DNA of 20,959 bases from Octopus sinensis (Eukaryota): NCBI RefSeq assembly GCF_006345805.1, contig NW_021824717.1, positions 1-20,959 on the forward strand, written 5' to 3'. Of the stretch, positions 1 through 9,838 are shown piece by piece. The notes under the pieces were generated by a model. That model was given only the letters and a program-made list of their open reading frames with translations, was not told the DNA's origin and searched no databases. The first letter of the stretch is position 1. The number at the start of each line of letters is the position of its first letter. The translations under genes and the position numbers were made by a program.

Positions 1-36
1 CACATACATACATACATACATACATACATACATACA

Positions 37-66
<30 letters not shown>
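1..66. repeat. (CATA)n microsatellite
   Basis: Perfect tandem CATA units from base 1, grading into (TA)n. Confidence 0.95.
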
Positions 67-71
<5 letters not shown>

Positions 72-139
72 GGGTACATTTAGATTATATAGATATTATA
101 TCGTAAAAATATTGATTATATTTTATATTTTAGGTTTAG

Positions 140-191
140 AAACACCTGAAGAATGTCTAAGATGTGCTGACACGAAACGATCGTAGTGGTT
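140..191 (+). ncRNA. Minimal type I hammerhead ribozyme motif (PLE pLTR-type)
   Basis: Stem I aaacac(140-145)/gtggtt(186-191), one mismatch; core CTGAAGA 146-152; stem II tgtc(154-157)/gaca(169-172) with an A.C mismatch at 10.1/11.1; GAAA 174-177; palindromic stem III ACGATCGT 177-184; predicted cleavage after GUA at 185. Followed by a T-rich tail and (TA)n. Confidence 0.75.
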
Positions 192-287
192 ATTCATTTG
201 TTAAATTTTAATTTATATAAATTATTTTATGTATTGGCTTAAGTCTTCTTTGTTTGATTTGCATAATAGTGGTTTTGTCTCTAATTT

Positions 288-329
<42 letters not shown>

Positions 330-357
330 ATATAATATATATTTATATATATATATA

Positions 358-778
358 CTCATTTGACTGTGCCTATGCTGGACCAACGCCTTTAGTCGAG
401 CACATGGACTCCAGGACTTATTCTTTTAAGCCTAGTACTTATTCTATCGGTCTCTTTTGCCGAACCGCTAAGTTACGGGGACGTAAACACACCAGAATCG
501 GTTGTCAAGCAATGTTGGGGGGACAAACACACACACAAACATATACACACACATGCACACACACACACAAACACACACACACACCCACACACCCACACAT
601 ATATATATATACATATGACGGGCTTCTTTCAGCTTCCGTCTACCAAATCCACTGACAAGGCTTTGGTTGGCCCGAGGCTATAGTAGAAGACAGTTGCCCA
701 AGGAGCCACGCAGTGGGACTGAACCCGGAACCATGTTGTTCGTAAGCAAGCTACTTACCACACAGACACCCCTACACC
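358..778 (-). mobile_element. tRNA-derived SINE (octopus OK/OR-like family)
   Basis: Minus strand starts with a tRNA-like head (TGTCTGTGTGG A-box-like, GGTTCCGGGTTCAGTCC B-box-like), then the body TCTTCTACTATAGCCTCGGGCC...GGATTTGGTAGACGGAAGCTGAAAGAAGCCCGTC, an internal (TG)n tract and tail ...CAGTCAAATGAG. Homologous copies at 16755-17196 and 20030-20192. Confidence 0.85.
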
Positions 779-779
779 T

Positions 780-791
780 ATTATACATACA

Positions 792-822
<31 letters not shown>

Positions 823-1045
823 TATATATATGTACTCTTATATATATATATATATATATAATATATATATAATATATATATATATACATATATATATGTA
901 TATATATATAGTATATATATATATGTATATATATATATGTATATATACTATATATATATAATATATATTATATTATATTATATATATATATAATATTATA
1001 TATTAATATGTATGTATGTATATGTATAAATATATATATACTACA
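780..1045. repeat. (CATA)n/(TA)n compound microsatellite
   Basis: Direct reading. Similar (TA)n tracts at about 2132-2292, 3510-3648, 5608-5702, 6010-6160, 9237-9335, 15835-16120 and 18540-18700. Confidence 0.95.
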
Positions 1046-1803
1046 TATGTGGAAAATCGGTTTGTGTTTGTGGAGTTGTTAGCTAACTCCTCCTACGTCG
1101 TTTTATCGATTTTGATGCAACTTGACACGTGAGTAGAACCTATGCCTGGAAACCTCATGGCATACTCATATTGTTGAAAAATCGATAATAGGGCCCCTGG
1201 GAGCGACCCTTATATATATCTAATATATTTCATTTTAACAGTCAAGGGAAATAACCCATGAATTTTCCTAAATCATTTGGTATAAATTAAACTGAGTATG
1301 CTTATCTTTAATTATTTGAACTGTTAGAGTTATTTTTGGCAATTTATCCTGTACAACCCTTAAACAAGTAAATAGTATTTTCTGAAGCAATAGATCCACT
1401 TATTTCCGTTAGTGTTATTCACGAATATACCAATACTAGCGCCGCTGAGAGTAGTATTCTCTGAAAACACACAAAAGCACTTTTCAGAGTTATTTACTTT
1501 GAATTGTTATTATCTCATATCTGATTTGCCTATTATTACGTAACATGCTTCACGATTTTAGTATACATACCTTATTAGTATTTCCTCCCAAGTTCTACAT
1601 ATTCTGGGAACGCTTTAAAACCCTTTTCGGGGCAACTTTATTTGAATTCTTACTATCGGGTAACTAATTTCCTGTTATTACGAAACTGACTTACAATTTG
1701 GGTATTCATAAATTATTGGGAATTCCTAAAAACAAGATCCTGTGTAAGACAGTTCGGTATTCTTTGCAAATGCACAAAAGGGATACATACTTTGATACAT
1801 ACT

Positions 1804-2132
1804 TTGAGAGAGCACATAAGTAGCAAGATCATCAGAAAGAAGTCCGGCATGAGAGATGTCATCGCAGAGTATACACGCAGCAAGTATAGATGGGCTGGAC
1901 ACGTCGCCCGGCTCACCGATAATCGGTGGACGCACGCAGTTGTCGAGTGGTACCCGCGTGAGCGGAAAAGATCACCCGGAAGACCTCCACGACGGTGGAA
2001 TTACGATTTCAGGAGGACGATTGGGATCATGTGGATGAGAAAGGCGCGATCCAGAGAGGAGTGGACAGCGTGCTGTGACCAGCGGTGTCAAATGGACACA
2101 TGACGGACTGGTCGGTCAAATGATCAAAGTGA
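1804..2132 (+). mobile_element. RTE-clade LINE 3' end fragment (end of ORF plus short 3' UTR)
   Basis: Translation LREHISSKIIRKKSGMRDVIAEYTRSKYRWAGHVARLTDNRWTHAVVEWYPRERKRSPGRPPRRW matches the WAGH.AR...RW....W.P....R..GRP..RW C-terminus of RTE LINEs. Stop at 2101-2103, ~30-nt UTR, then (TA)n. Confidence 0.88.
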
Positions 2133-2163
2133 TATATATATATATATATACATATAATATATA

Positions 2164-2290
<127 letters not shown>

Positions 2291-2292
2291 AA

Positions 2293-2640
2293 ACCGCTGG
2301 TCACAGCACGCTGTCCACTCCTCTCTGGATCGCGCCTTTCTCATCCACATGATCCCAATCGTCCTCCTGAAATCGTAATTCCACCGTCGTGGAGGTCTTC
2401 CGGGTGATCTTTTCCGCTCACGCGGGTACCACTCGACAACTGCGTGCGTCCACCGATTATCGGTGAGCCGGGCGACGTGTCCAGCCCATCTATACTTGTT
2501 GCGTGTATACTCTGCGATGACATCTCTCATGCCGGACTTCTTTCTGATGATCTTGCTACTTATGTGCTCTCTCAACGAGATACCAAGCATTGACCTTTCC
2601 ATGGCTCTTTGAGCCGTTACCAGTCTTTGCTCTTCTCTCT
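2293..2640 (-). mobile_element. RTE-clade LINE fragment, inverted near-identical copy
   Basis: REEQRLVTAQRAMERSMLGISLREHISSKIIRKKSG...WAGHVARLTDNRW... Reverse complement of 1804-2086 with one substitution seen (S/N codon). Extends 65 nt further 5' and lacks the last ~45 nt; bounded by TA tracts on both sides. Confidence 0.88.
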
Positions 2641-3068
2641 TATATATATATATTGTATAAAGGGCCTTTGATGCAAGTCTAATAAAGTGCCTTTCCAATG
2701 TCTAAAACCGCAAAGATTACGTGATTTTCACTTAGAATTTTCGCGTAAACTGACGTTGAAAATGGAGATGGTACGGAAACATTTGTAACTTATATTAAAA
2801 AATGTGTTGAGGTATTTTCCTTTGTCTTCTTTAGATTGGATTGTCTGCTCTTCGCCAAATCTATATGACGGTACAATCGTCACCTGATGTATTCCAGTGT
2901 TGGCTTCCATTTCGATAGTGCTTATACCCTAGTATTCGGGTCGAGTGCTTCTCTGTAAAAACCCCAACTTCACACTGAAGCTGAACTATGTCTATGTATA
3001 TGTATATATGTGTAGATATGTATGTTTCATATATTAATGTGTGTATATTAATGTATATATATACATTA

Positions 3069-3137
<69 letters not shown>

Positions 3138-3166
3138 AGGTTGAAAAAGAACACACGAGTTGATAC

Positions 3167-3505
3167 ATATGGAAAAAATAGTCAAGGTAGAAAATGCTAA
3201 AATAATTTTATAAAAAACATTTCAGTACCGATTTCAGCCATTGAGACATTTTTCAACTGTCAGTATGGAAAACAATTGAATTTTTTAAACAGAATATTTG
3301 CATAGTGTTCAAATACAAGGAAAATGCCAACTGTATTTGACCACTATGCAAATATTCTTTTAAAAAACATTTCTTTTAATTTTCCAAAATTTAATTGTTT
3401 TCCACACTTAGACTTGAAAAAGTCTCAATGACCGAAACCAGTACGGAAATGTTTTTTATAAAATTATTTTAGCATTTTCTACCTTTTCTACCTTGACTTT
3501 TTTCC

Positions 3506-3509
<4 letters not shown>
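3167..3509. mobile_element. Fold-back / MITE-like palindromic element (343 bp)
   Basis: Ends ATATGGAAAAAATAGTCAAGGTAGAAAATGCTAAAATAATTTTATAAAAAACATTTC ... GAAATGTTTTTTTATAAAATTATTTTAGCATTTTCTACC(TTTTCTACC)TTGACTTTTTTCCATAT. Inner stem GAATATTTGCATAGTG.TCAAATACA / TGTATTTGA.CACTATGCAAATATTC closes a 14-nt loop (3318-3331). No ORF. Confidence 0.8.
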
Positions 3510-3562
<53 letters not shown>

Positions 3563-3568
3563 TTATAT

Positions 3569-3613
<45 letters not shown>

Positions 3614-3649
3614 TATATATATATATATATAGTTATATATATATATGAT

Positions 3650-4870
3650 AGAACAATTACTTTGAAGCATTGTGTAGAATATATGTACAAAATGTGGTAG
3701 CTTTATGAAGCACATAATGCTAACCATTATAGTTAGTAACACCTATTTTCTGTATAAGGGTGTGACTTACAAACAGACGTCCGGCCTACCTATATGATCT
3801 AGCCTTTCAGGCCTGCTGGCCATCATTTACATGCATAAGCTAGAACGCACAGCACTCAACACCTGCCGCACATGCATCTTCTTCTCCACATACATTGATG
3901 GCATCCTTATCATCACATTGAGACGAATCCGGAACCCTCTCTCTACTCGACTTTCAACTCAGGATCACAGAGGAGGGCTCCATATTTACCAAATTCTACA
4001 GAAAAGCCGCTAGCAGAAAACTTTTCGTCCACTACCAATCAGCCTTATCCACCAGAGCCAAACAACGCATACGTGAGAAACGAGATTGCATGTATAAACA
4101 ACAATTGCAGCAAAGTGACCTACAAAGCCGTCAACACCAAGCAGTTCATCAGAGACCTAACTCTGAATGGCTACCCAGCATCTTTAGCCAAATAACGGCG
4201 CCTAAAGAACATCAGGGTCAATAAACCGTTATACTACCAATTCCAGCACGTGCTTCCTAAAGCTACCACATTTTGAAGACAGAACTACTGCAGCGATACA
4301 ACACTCAGTCCGCAGAGGACTCGACACACAGATAGTGTACACCGGCCCTTCCCTTAGAAAAGCTCTGTCCAAGAACAACACCTCTCATTACTCCGAAGAG
4401 TGCACATTATTGAACTGCCCCATGAATGACCCTGAATTGTGCCAGAGGACCTACCTTACATACGAGGTCATCTGTGGAAAATGTGGCGCATCGGACATCG
4501 GAAGCAAGACAAGAAAACTGCATATACGCATAAAGGAACAAATGCAGGCTGACACTTCTGTGAAGAAACATCTGCGAAAGTGCCAGACCCAGGAATCCAC
4601 AGTGCACATCAGTGGAACACAGCGAAGCAGGGGCAACCTTAGAATTTCTGAGGCCATTCTCATACACCATAGGAAACCAAATATCAACAACAGAAGAGAG
4701 TTACAGGAAGCTAGCTGGTTGCTATAGCAACACCTTTCCGCGCATGTCCACTCCACACGCTCTCACACACACGCATATCGGCAACATTCGATAATTTCTT
4801 GATAATGGGGTCATAATCCCGAAGCACTACATCAATTCTTATATTTGTTTTTTGTGATTTGTCTTGCATT
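3650..4870 (+). mobile_element. Penelope-like retroelement, 5'-truncated and decayed (RT C-half + GIY-YIG endonuclease)
   Basis: NTYFLYKGVTYKQTSGLPI*SSLSGLLAIIYMHKLE...FSTYIDG is the PLE RT GLPMGS and YxDD motifs, degenerate; HYQSA and RNEIACINNNCS...LTLNGYP give the thumb region; NCP...CQRTYLTYEVICGKCGASDIGSKTRKLHIRIKEQ...ISEAILIHHRKPNIN is a GIY-YIG domain (ORF 4335-4727). In-frame stop and frameshifts. Confidence 0.88.
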
Positions 4871-4990
4871 TACTCGCATTGTTCTGATCTTTCGCACGAT
4901 CCGTCGCTTTTTATATTTTTGAATTTATTGCGTTTTTAAATTTTGCAATCTATTTTTTTCGAGAATTCTATCTTTGAATCATTTTGGAAT

Positions 4991-5607
4991 CTGCGTTGAT
5001 TGCGATCACAGGTGATCTGTAGCTAAATTCTGTTTTTAAATGACTCGCTTCGAGATTGCATTCGGTACGATTTTGTTTGTATTTGTAGTTTATGACTTTA
5101 AAAGTCCCGCTCTAGCGTGCGGCATTTTTGTGTAATAATGCCCTCTATATAATATAAATAAATATTTTCAAGTAAAAAATTTACAGATTTTTTCTCTAAT
5201 GAGGTTTTTCACGCTAACTACTTGATATTTCTTATTAAGATTTTATCCTATTTTTTTTTTCCGAAGAAGCACGTTGTTACCGAAATGCAATTCGAAAAAT
5301 CCCGCCATTTACATAGATGTATGAGGGGTGAACAGTTCCATATGCTGCGATGGATGCGACGGTTGTCTGTCTGGTATGTTGATTTTGTTCATTCATGATA
5401 TATCTTGAATTCGCTGCACTGAAGGCAAGGGACGCAGATACTGCGTTGATTGCGAAATCACAGGTGATCTGTAGCTAAATTCTGTTTTTTTAAATGACTC
5501 GCTTCGAGAATTGCATTCGGTACGATTTGTTTATATTTGGTAGTTATGACTTTAAAAGTCCCTCCTAGCGTGCGGCATTTGTGTAATAATGCCCTCTATA
5601 TAATATA
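4991..5607. repeat. ~166-bp direct repeat pair (4991-5156 and 5441-5607)
   Basis: Both copies run CTGCGTTGATTGCGA..TCACAGGTGATCTGTAGCTAAATTCTG...GCGTGCGGCATTT..GTGTAATAATGCCCTCTATATAATATA. Period 450 bp; differences are mostly small indels. Confidence 0.9.
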
Positions 5608-5620
5608 TATTATATATATA

Positions 5621-5707
<87 letters not shown>

Positions 5708-5759
5708 TTACTTGGAAGGAGAAGAAAACGACGCGTGCGTTCAATCATATAATAACAAT

Positions 5760-5960
5760 TTAATAAATAAATTATGCATACATACATATATGTACATATC
5801 TACATCTATATGTATATATACATGCATAATGAGTACAGGACACCACAAATAAACGTAGAACACAACGAGAAACGAAACATAAAACCAAACAAGGAAACGG
5901 ACTATTTTTAACAACGAAAAAACAGAGTACAAGACAAACACAAGGAACATTCCCCTTCTT
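5760..5960 (-). repeat. Interspersed repeat, homologous to 18340-18500 (opposite orientation)
   Basis: Reverse complement TTGTCTTGTACTCTGTTTTT...TTCGTTTCTCGTTGTGTTCTACGT...GGTGTCCTGTACTCA aligns by eye with TTGTCCTGTAACTCTATTTT...TTCGTTTCTCATTGTGTTCGACGT...GGTGTCCTGTACTCA at 18340-18460. Family unassigned. Confidence 0.7.
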
Positions 5961-6104
5961 CAGCTGCCCCCTGTTTCGACTCAATTCGTGTTTCGAAGGT
6001 AATACATACAGATATATATATATATCTGTATGTATATGTATATGTATGTATATATATATACATATATATATAATATATATATATACAATATATATATATA
6101 ATAT

Positions 6105-6148
<44 letters not shown>

Positions 6149-6232
6149 ATATATATATATATATTATCTGTATGTATATGTGTATATATATGTATGTATC
6201 AAATGAAATAAAAAACAGAACACAAAGGATGT

Positions 6233-6324
6233 CGCGGTACACATGTTTCGAGCTTTATAACAACTTATTCTTACATCACATTATAATCGACGTAACAGAT
6301 AGTTTAAAGCCCTCTTCAGCCGCA
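6233..6324 (-). ncRNA. Type I hammerhead ribozyme, minus strand (unit A)
   Basis: Minus strand reads TGCGG-CTGAAGA-GGGCTTTA...TAAAGCTC-GAA-ACATGTGT-A-CCGCG. Stem I 5 bp (one G-U), stem II 8-bp base (one G-U), intact core, stem III self-complementary with G-U wobbles. Predicted cleavage after GUA (between 6238 and 6237). Confidence 0.85.
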
Positions 6325-6663
6325 TGCAATAGCTACATCAAAGACTTGTATCACATTATGGAAGGTCTGAGAAAGAACATTTGGTATTATTTATAATGGT
6401 AGGTAAACTGAGTATCACTGAGAAAGTATGTTTGTAAATCTTCATAATCAAATGGGTGTACAGGGTATTATTGGACTCCAAAAATCCATCCATACCGTTT
6501 TCTCACTCAATATAGAGTGAATACTGGGTAGATTCCGGTTGGGTTCATTCCTCTTGTAAGGGAAGGAATAAGGAGGATTTAATCCACATCTTTGTCTATA
6601 TATCTACCTTCTCTATAATGTTGCCACTTGATATGAAAATTTTTTGTATTAATGGAACCTCTA

Positions 6664-6755
6664 TAATTGGCTGAGGAGTGCTCAGCATTTTAAAACTGTT
6701 GTCATACTTACACATTTAATAAAATGATGTAGTACGAAACGATCGTACCAAATTA
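6664..6755 (+). ncRNA. Type I hammerhead ribozyme, plus strand (unit A)
   Basis: TAATTGG-CTGAGGA(6671-6677)-GTGCT...AGTAC-GAA-ACGATCGT(6739-6746)-A-CCAAATTA. Stem I 7 bp with one bulge; stem II 5 bp plus inner CATTTTA/TAAAATG; perfect palindromic stem III. Cleavage after A6747. Confidence 0.85.
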
Positions 6756-7591
6756 CCGGAGTCATTCTTGTTGCTTATTTTGATTATATATATATATATT
6801 ATATATATATACACATACATACATACACAACCCAACACAACATACATAGATACACCACACACATGTGCACACACAGGTACATACATACACACACATACAT
6901 ACATACAAACAGACACACGCATATGCCCTCACACACATACGCATACACATATATACACACACACATATACGCATATATATACATATACATATACATATAT
7001 ACATGTGTGTGGGTGTGTGTACACTTCCACTCGTACATACGTCCACGCATGCATACGTGTAAATCTCAAAAAGTATAAATCTTCATACCTATACCCCCGA
7101 GGATTCATTCATACACACACGCAAAAACATCACACACCTCTAAATATCTATCTTGAATTTGGGGATAACATTTTAAATTATTAGCAAGTTAATAATTAAG
7201 TGTAAGGGTAAAGTAAACGGTAAATTAGAAAAAAGTAAAAAAAATACGGTAAAATTAGAGAAAAAAAGTAAAAAAGTAAAAATAAAGATAAAAGTAAAAT
7301 CAGAAAAATCTCAGAAAAGATAGGAAAAAGATGGGAAAAAAATAAGAAAGAATAATAAGAAAAAAGAAAACTAGGAAAACATAGGAAAAAAATAGGAAAG
7401 GAAAAATTAGAGAAAAATTAGAGAAAAATCATAAGAAAAATAAGAAAGGTGAGAAAGATACATTAAATAAGAAAAATTAAGAAAAAGCACAACATCAATG
7501 TACAGAAGCAGAGATTAGAATGGAAAAGAGAATCGAGAAATGCTGGAGATAACAATGTTGTAAATGACTATGAAGATATTACAGTGGAGAA

Positions 7592-9233
7592 TTAAGGATT
7601 ATGAAATTTAAGCCTTATAATATTTGAAAGTATTAGTTAATTTATGCATAGAAGATGGTCTAAATTCAGATCTTTTATTAATTAGTTTGTTTTTATCTTT
7701 GGATTTAATGATTTTTAGGAGTTCTATGCAACATAGCTGCACCTGTTCTATTATTTTTATAAGACGCAGCTGATCCGATAATGGACCACCTAAGGCTAAA
7801 TTCGATATTATTGTCTTAAGTTCCCAAATTTTTCTTGATAATGATGTACTACTACCTTGTGTTTGAGCCTAAAGATGACCGGTGGTTATAGAATCTAGAT
7901 TTCCAGATGGATGAGCACCAATGTATGTAAGAATGTTTGCTTCAGTATTACTTCATAGGAATGAACTACATTTTTAGCTAAGAAATTTCCACTTAAAGGA
8001 CAGGCTGTTGCATCCACACAATTGCATCCGAATTACCATTTCCCGGCTGTCTGTTATTAATCTGTGGACAGATAATTTCGGTATGGTTGTTGTCAAGGTT
8101 GCTATTATGGTAGATAGAAGCTCCGCTAATATTTTCGCCATTGTTACTGCTATTATCACTATTGGTGCTATTTAAGTTGTTCCGGCCTATATTTCTTCTA
8201 CTTCTAGTACCGATATTGGATCTATCTTCTACATTTCTATTATTGCTAGTTATATTGCTATTACAATTGGTATAATTAAATTCATAATTATTATTCGATG
8301 TGGACTGAGTTATCACATTAAAAGTTGTAATAGTATTATCTTCATTAGTTATATAATTATTGGGTATAAGATTATCTCCGTTATTGTAATGGGTGTTGTT
8401 ACTAGCTGTTTCAATATTGCTATTACTATCCAGATTATTATTGTTATTATATTGGCTGTTACTATTATTAATGTGGCTATAGTCATTATCAACATTAAAT
8501 TCGCTGTTTAGGGAACTACTGTTATTTATCTCTAAGTTGTCAGCTTGGCGGTTAGGTATCGAAGTTATAGGGGTAATGCTTTGGCTATTGTTATTAGTTT
8601 GGCTACTACCAATGTTAACACCTGGACTGTTGGGGTTTGAATGATCATTATTATTTACTCTCAAAGTAGCTGTTCTAATTTTAATATTATTATGTTTAGC
8701 TATGAGACAGCTCATGTTAGGTAGAGTTGAGTATGATATCCTAATAGTTTTATTTGAAAAGATACTCCTATATTTATGAGTGGGTGGGAAGTTATTGGAA
8801 ATTATTGAAAATATTTTTTTGCATAATTTACCCTTAACCGCTATATTATATGGTATGTTATACCATATATAGTTACGTAATCTACTGTTCTTACTCCTGT
8901 GTCTTCTAATATTATCTGTGCTACACTCATCGGTAGGGTTTTCATTAACTAAATTTCTATTGGTGCGATTTCTATGTTTGTTTCCTAGTCTTGTTTGAAT
9001 TTAAATTTGAATTTGTATTAGTTGAATCTGTGTTTTTATTGCAACTATTTAGTCTAATTTCATTTAATTTCAAATTTAAATTTAAATGAATGGTTTTGGA
9101 ATCCTTAGTTCGTTTATATATGATGAAGTTTTATTGATGACGGTGTTCTAGGCGGTTCATCATATGATTTTTTGCCGAAGATATTTTCTGGGGGTATCCA
9201 AGCACTAGAGAGGGCTTGGTTATAATGATGGGC

Positions 9234-9234
<1 letters not shown>
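7592..9234 (-). pseudogene. Penelope-like element ORF remnant (RT thumb end + Asn-rich linkers + GIY-YIG), unit A
   Basis: Across frames: ..LGYPQKI.., RNYIWYNIPYNIAVKGKLCKKIFSIISNNFPPTHKYRSIFSNKTIRISYSTLPNMSCLIAKHN (WFNPP/FP..H/SYS..PN..HN PLE block), 240-aa Asn-rich ORF 7993-8715, then GCNCVDATACPLSGNFLAKNVVHSYEV. No RT catalytic core; 5' end abuts (TA)n. Confidence 0.85.
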
Positions 9235-9290
<56 letters not shown>

Positions 9291-9297
9291 TATATAA

Positions 9298-9336
<39 letters not shown>

Positions 9337-9409
9337 TTTTATCTGTATGTATATTGTATATATATATGTATTGTATCAAATGAAATAAAAAACAGAACAC
9401 AAAGGATGT

Positions 9410-9503
9410 CGCGGTACACATGTTTCGAGCTTTATAAAACAACTTATTCTTACATCACATTATAATCGACGTAACAGATAGTTTAAAGCCCTCTTCAGCC
9501 GCA
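9410..9503 (-). ncRNA. Type I hammerhead ribozyme, minus strand (unit B)
   Basis: Same core and stems as 6233-6324 (2-nt insertion next to stem II). Cleavage between 9415 and 9414. Confidence 0.85.
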
Positions 9504-9838
9504 TGCAATAGCTACATCAAAGACTTGTATCACATTATGGAAGGTCTGAGAAAGAACATTTGTATTATTTATATGGTGGTAACTGAGTATCACTGAGAAG
9601 TATGTTTGTAAATCTTCATAATCAATGGGTGTACAGGGTATTATTGGACTCCAAAAATCCATCCATACCGTTTTCTCACTCAATATAGAGTGAATACTGG
9701 GTAGATTCCGGTTGGGTTCATTCCTCTTGTAAGGGAAGAAATAAGGAGGATTTAAATCCACATCTTTGTCTATATATCTACCTTCTCTATAATGTTGCCA
9801 CTTGATATGAAAATTTTTGTATTAATGGAAAACCTCTA

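Larger units (their letters stand above)
6164..9236. repeat. Tandem duplication unit A (~3.17 kb)
   Basis: Collinear with 9339-12398 over its whole length (e.g. TCAAATGAAATAAAAAACAG at 6199 and 9376). Junctions lie in (TA)n tracts; differences are mainly 1-2 nt indels. Confidence 0.95.

Noticed and set aside
2675-2760. Minus-strand peptide ...HVIFAVLDIGKALY resembling the RT motif (F)LDI.KAFD next to the RTE fragment
   Set aside because: Surrounded by stops, no neighbouring RT motifs at the expected spacing, and separated from the RTE piece by a TA run; likely chance.
5935-6000. Minus-strand CTGAAGA plus two GAAAC words near 5957-5995 as another hammerhead
   Set aside because: The GAAAC words lie upstream of CTGAAGA without a pairable stem I around a GUH, and no GAAA follows the putative stem II, so no HHR topology can be built.
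7220-7480. A-rich purine tract (also 10400-10660) as a poly(A) tail or coding region
   Set aside because: It is a degenerate AAAAG/AGGAAAA low-complexity tract within the PLE 3' region, and on the PLE sense strand it is T-rich, so it is not a retro-tail.
8036-8046. G-GGA-AAT slippery heptamer before the GIY-YIG domain as a programmed -1 frameshift
   Set aside because: The -1 frame hits TAA two codons later (GGG AAA TGG TAA), before the CNC motif, so slippage here cannot join the frames.
9495-9761. 88-aa minus-strand ORF (MDLNPPYFFP...) between the paired hammerheads
   Set aside because: The frame is not preserved in unit A (stops and shifts) and has no recognisable motif. It cannot be fully excluded given the indel noise.
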